A stretch of 62,541 bases of DNA. Source: Promethearchaeota archaeon (GTDB lineage Archaea > Asgardarchaeota > Lokiarchaeia > Sigyniarchaeales > SOKP01). Below are positions 62,228 through 62,541 of this stretch, one piece after another (position 1 is the stretch's first letter; each line of letters starts with the position of its first letter). The notes beneath the pieces are model-generated. The model made no database searches. It was not told where the DNA came from and saw nothing but the letters and a program-made list of their open reading frames with translations. The translations under genes were made by a program, and so were the position numbers. The DNA lies in contig JBHLME010000006.1 in assembly GCA_048938445.1 (NCBI GenBank), positions 1-62,541 of the forward strand, in the 5' to 3' direction.

Positions 62228-62541
62228 ATGAGTTATACATTTTCAAGAACTAAATTAGTAGAGAAAATAAAATTTGGTTTGCTAAGTCCAAATGAAATTC
62301 GAAAAATGTCAGCTGCTCGTATTATTACAGCAGATACTTATGATGAAGATGGTTTACCAATACCTTCGGGATTAATGGATCAAAGATTAGGTACTATTGA
62401 GCCCGGTCAAAGATGTCAAACCTGTGGAAATTTAGTATCCAATTGTATGGGACATTTTGGACATATTGAATTAGCAAGACCTGTAATACATGTTGGATAT
62501 GCAAAAAAAGTTTTAAAAGTTTTAAGATCTATATGTCCAGA
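62228..62541 (+). CDS. rpoA1: RNA polymerase subunit A' (Rpo1N), 5' part, truncated by the window edge
   Basis: Translated by hand: [44 protein letters not shown]; GGAGG RBS; absent from the ORF track. Confidence 0.96.
   Translation, partial: MSYTFSRTKLVEKIKFGLLSPNEIRKMSAARIITADTYDEDGLPIPSGLMDQRLGTIEPGQRCQTCGNLVSNCMGHFGHIELARPVIHVGYAKKVLKVLRSICP

Overview
AT-rich archaeal chromosomal window, most consistent with an Asgard archaeon of the Lokiarchaeia type. The evidence is an archaeal histone, RpoF, eL21, eL33, Pus10, NurA, DHQ synthase II and the 5' end of RpoA', together with eukaryotic-signature proteins (two Rab-like GTPases, a Snf7/ESCRT-III protein, a roadblock protein, a presenilin-like protease). 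It holds about 53 CDS: the conserved pus10-eL21-rpoF-DUF655-rsmA-hemK operon, glycogen genes, a galactoside-utilisation cluster and several surface or regulatory proteins. I found no tRNA, rRNA, CRISPR array or transposase by eye. The best leads: (1) a candidate ESCRT-adaptor locus at 16.6-21.1 kb, with a FYVE-like Zn finger/coiled-coil/PH-GRAM/PQ-rich/steadiness-box-like protein, a second PH-GRAM + Zn-ribbon protein and a stand-alone Snf7; (2) a three-site GC-rich inverted-repeat element at 53.1-53.5 kb upstream of an RHH regulator and an isolated acetyl-CoA synthase domain; (3) an HTH/dead-amidohydrolase/YjbQ fusion inside a possible galactose-to-tagatose cluster; (4) XPD fused to a TFS/Rpb9-type Zn ribbon; (5) a nucleotide kinase with a PIP box. 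All family calls come from motif recognition by eye; no searches were run.
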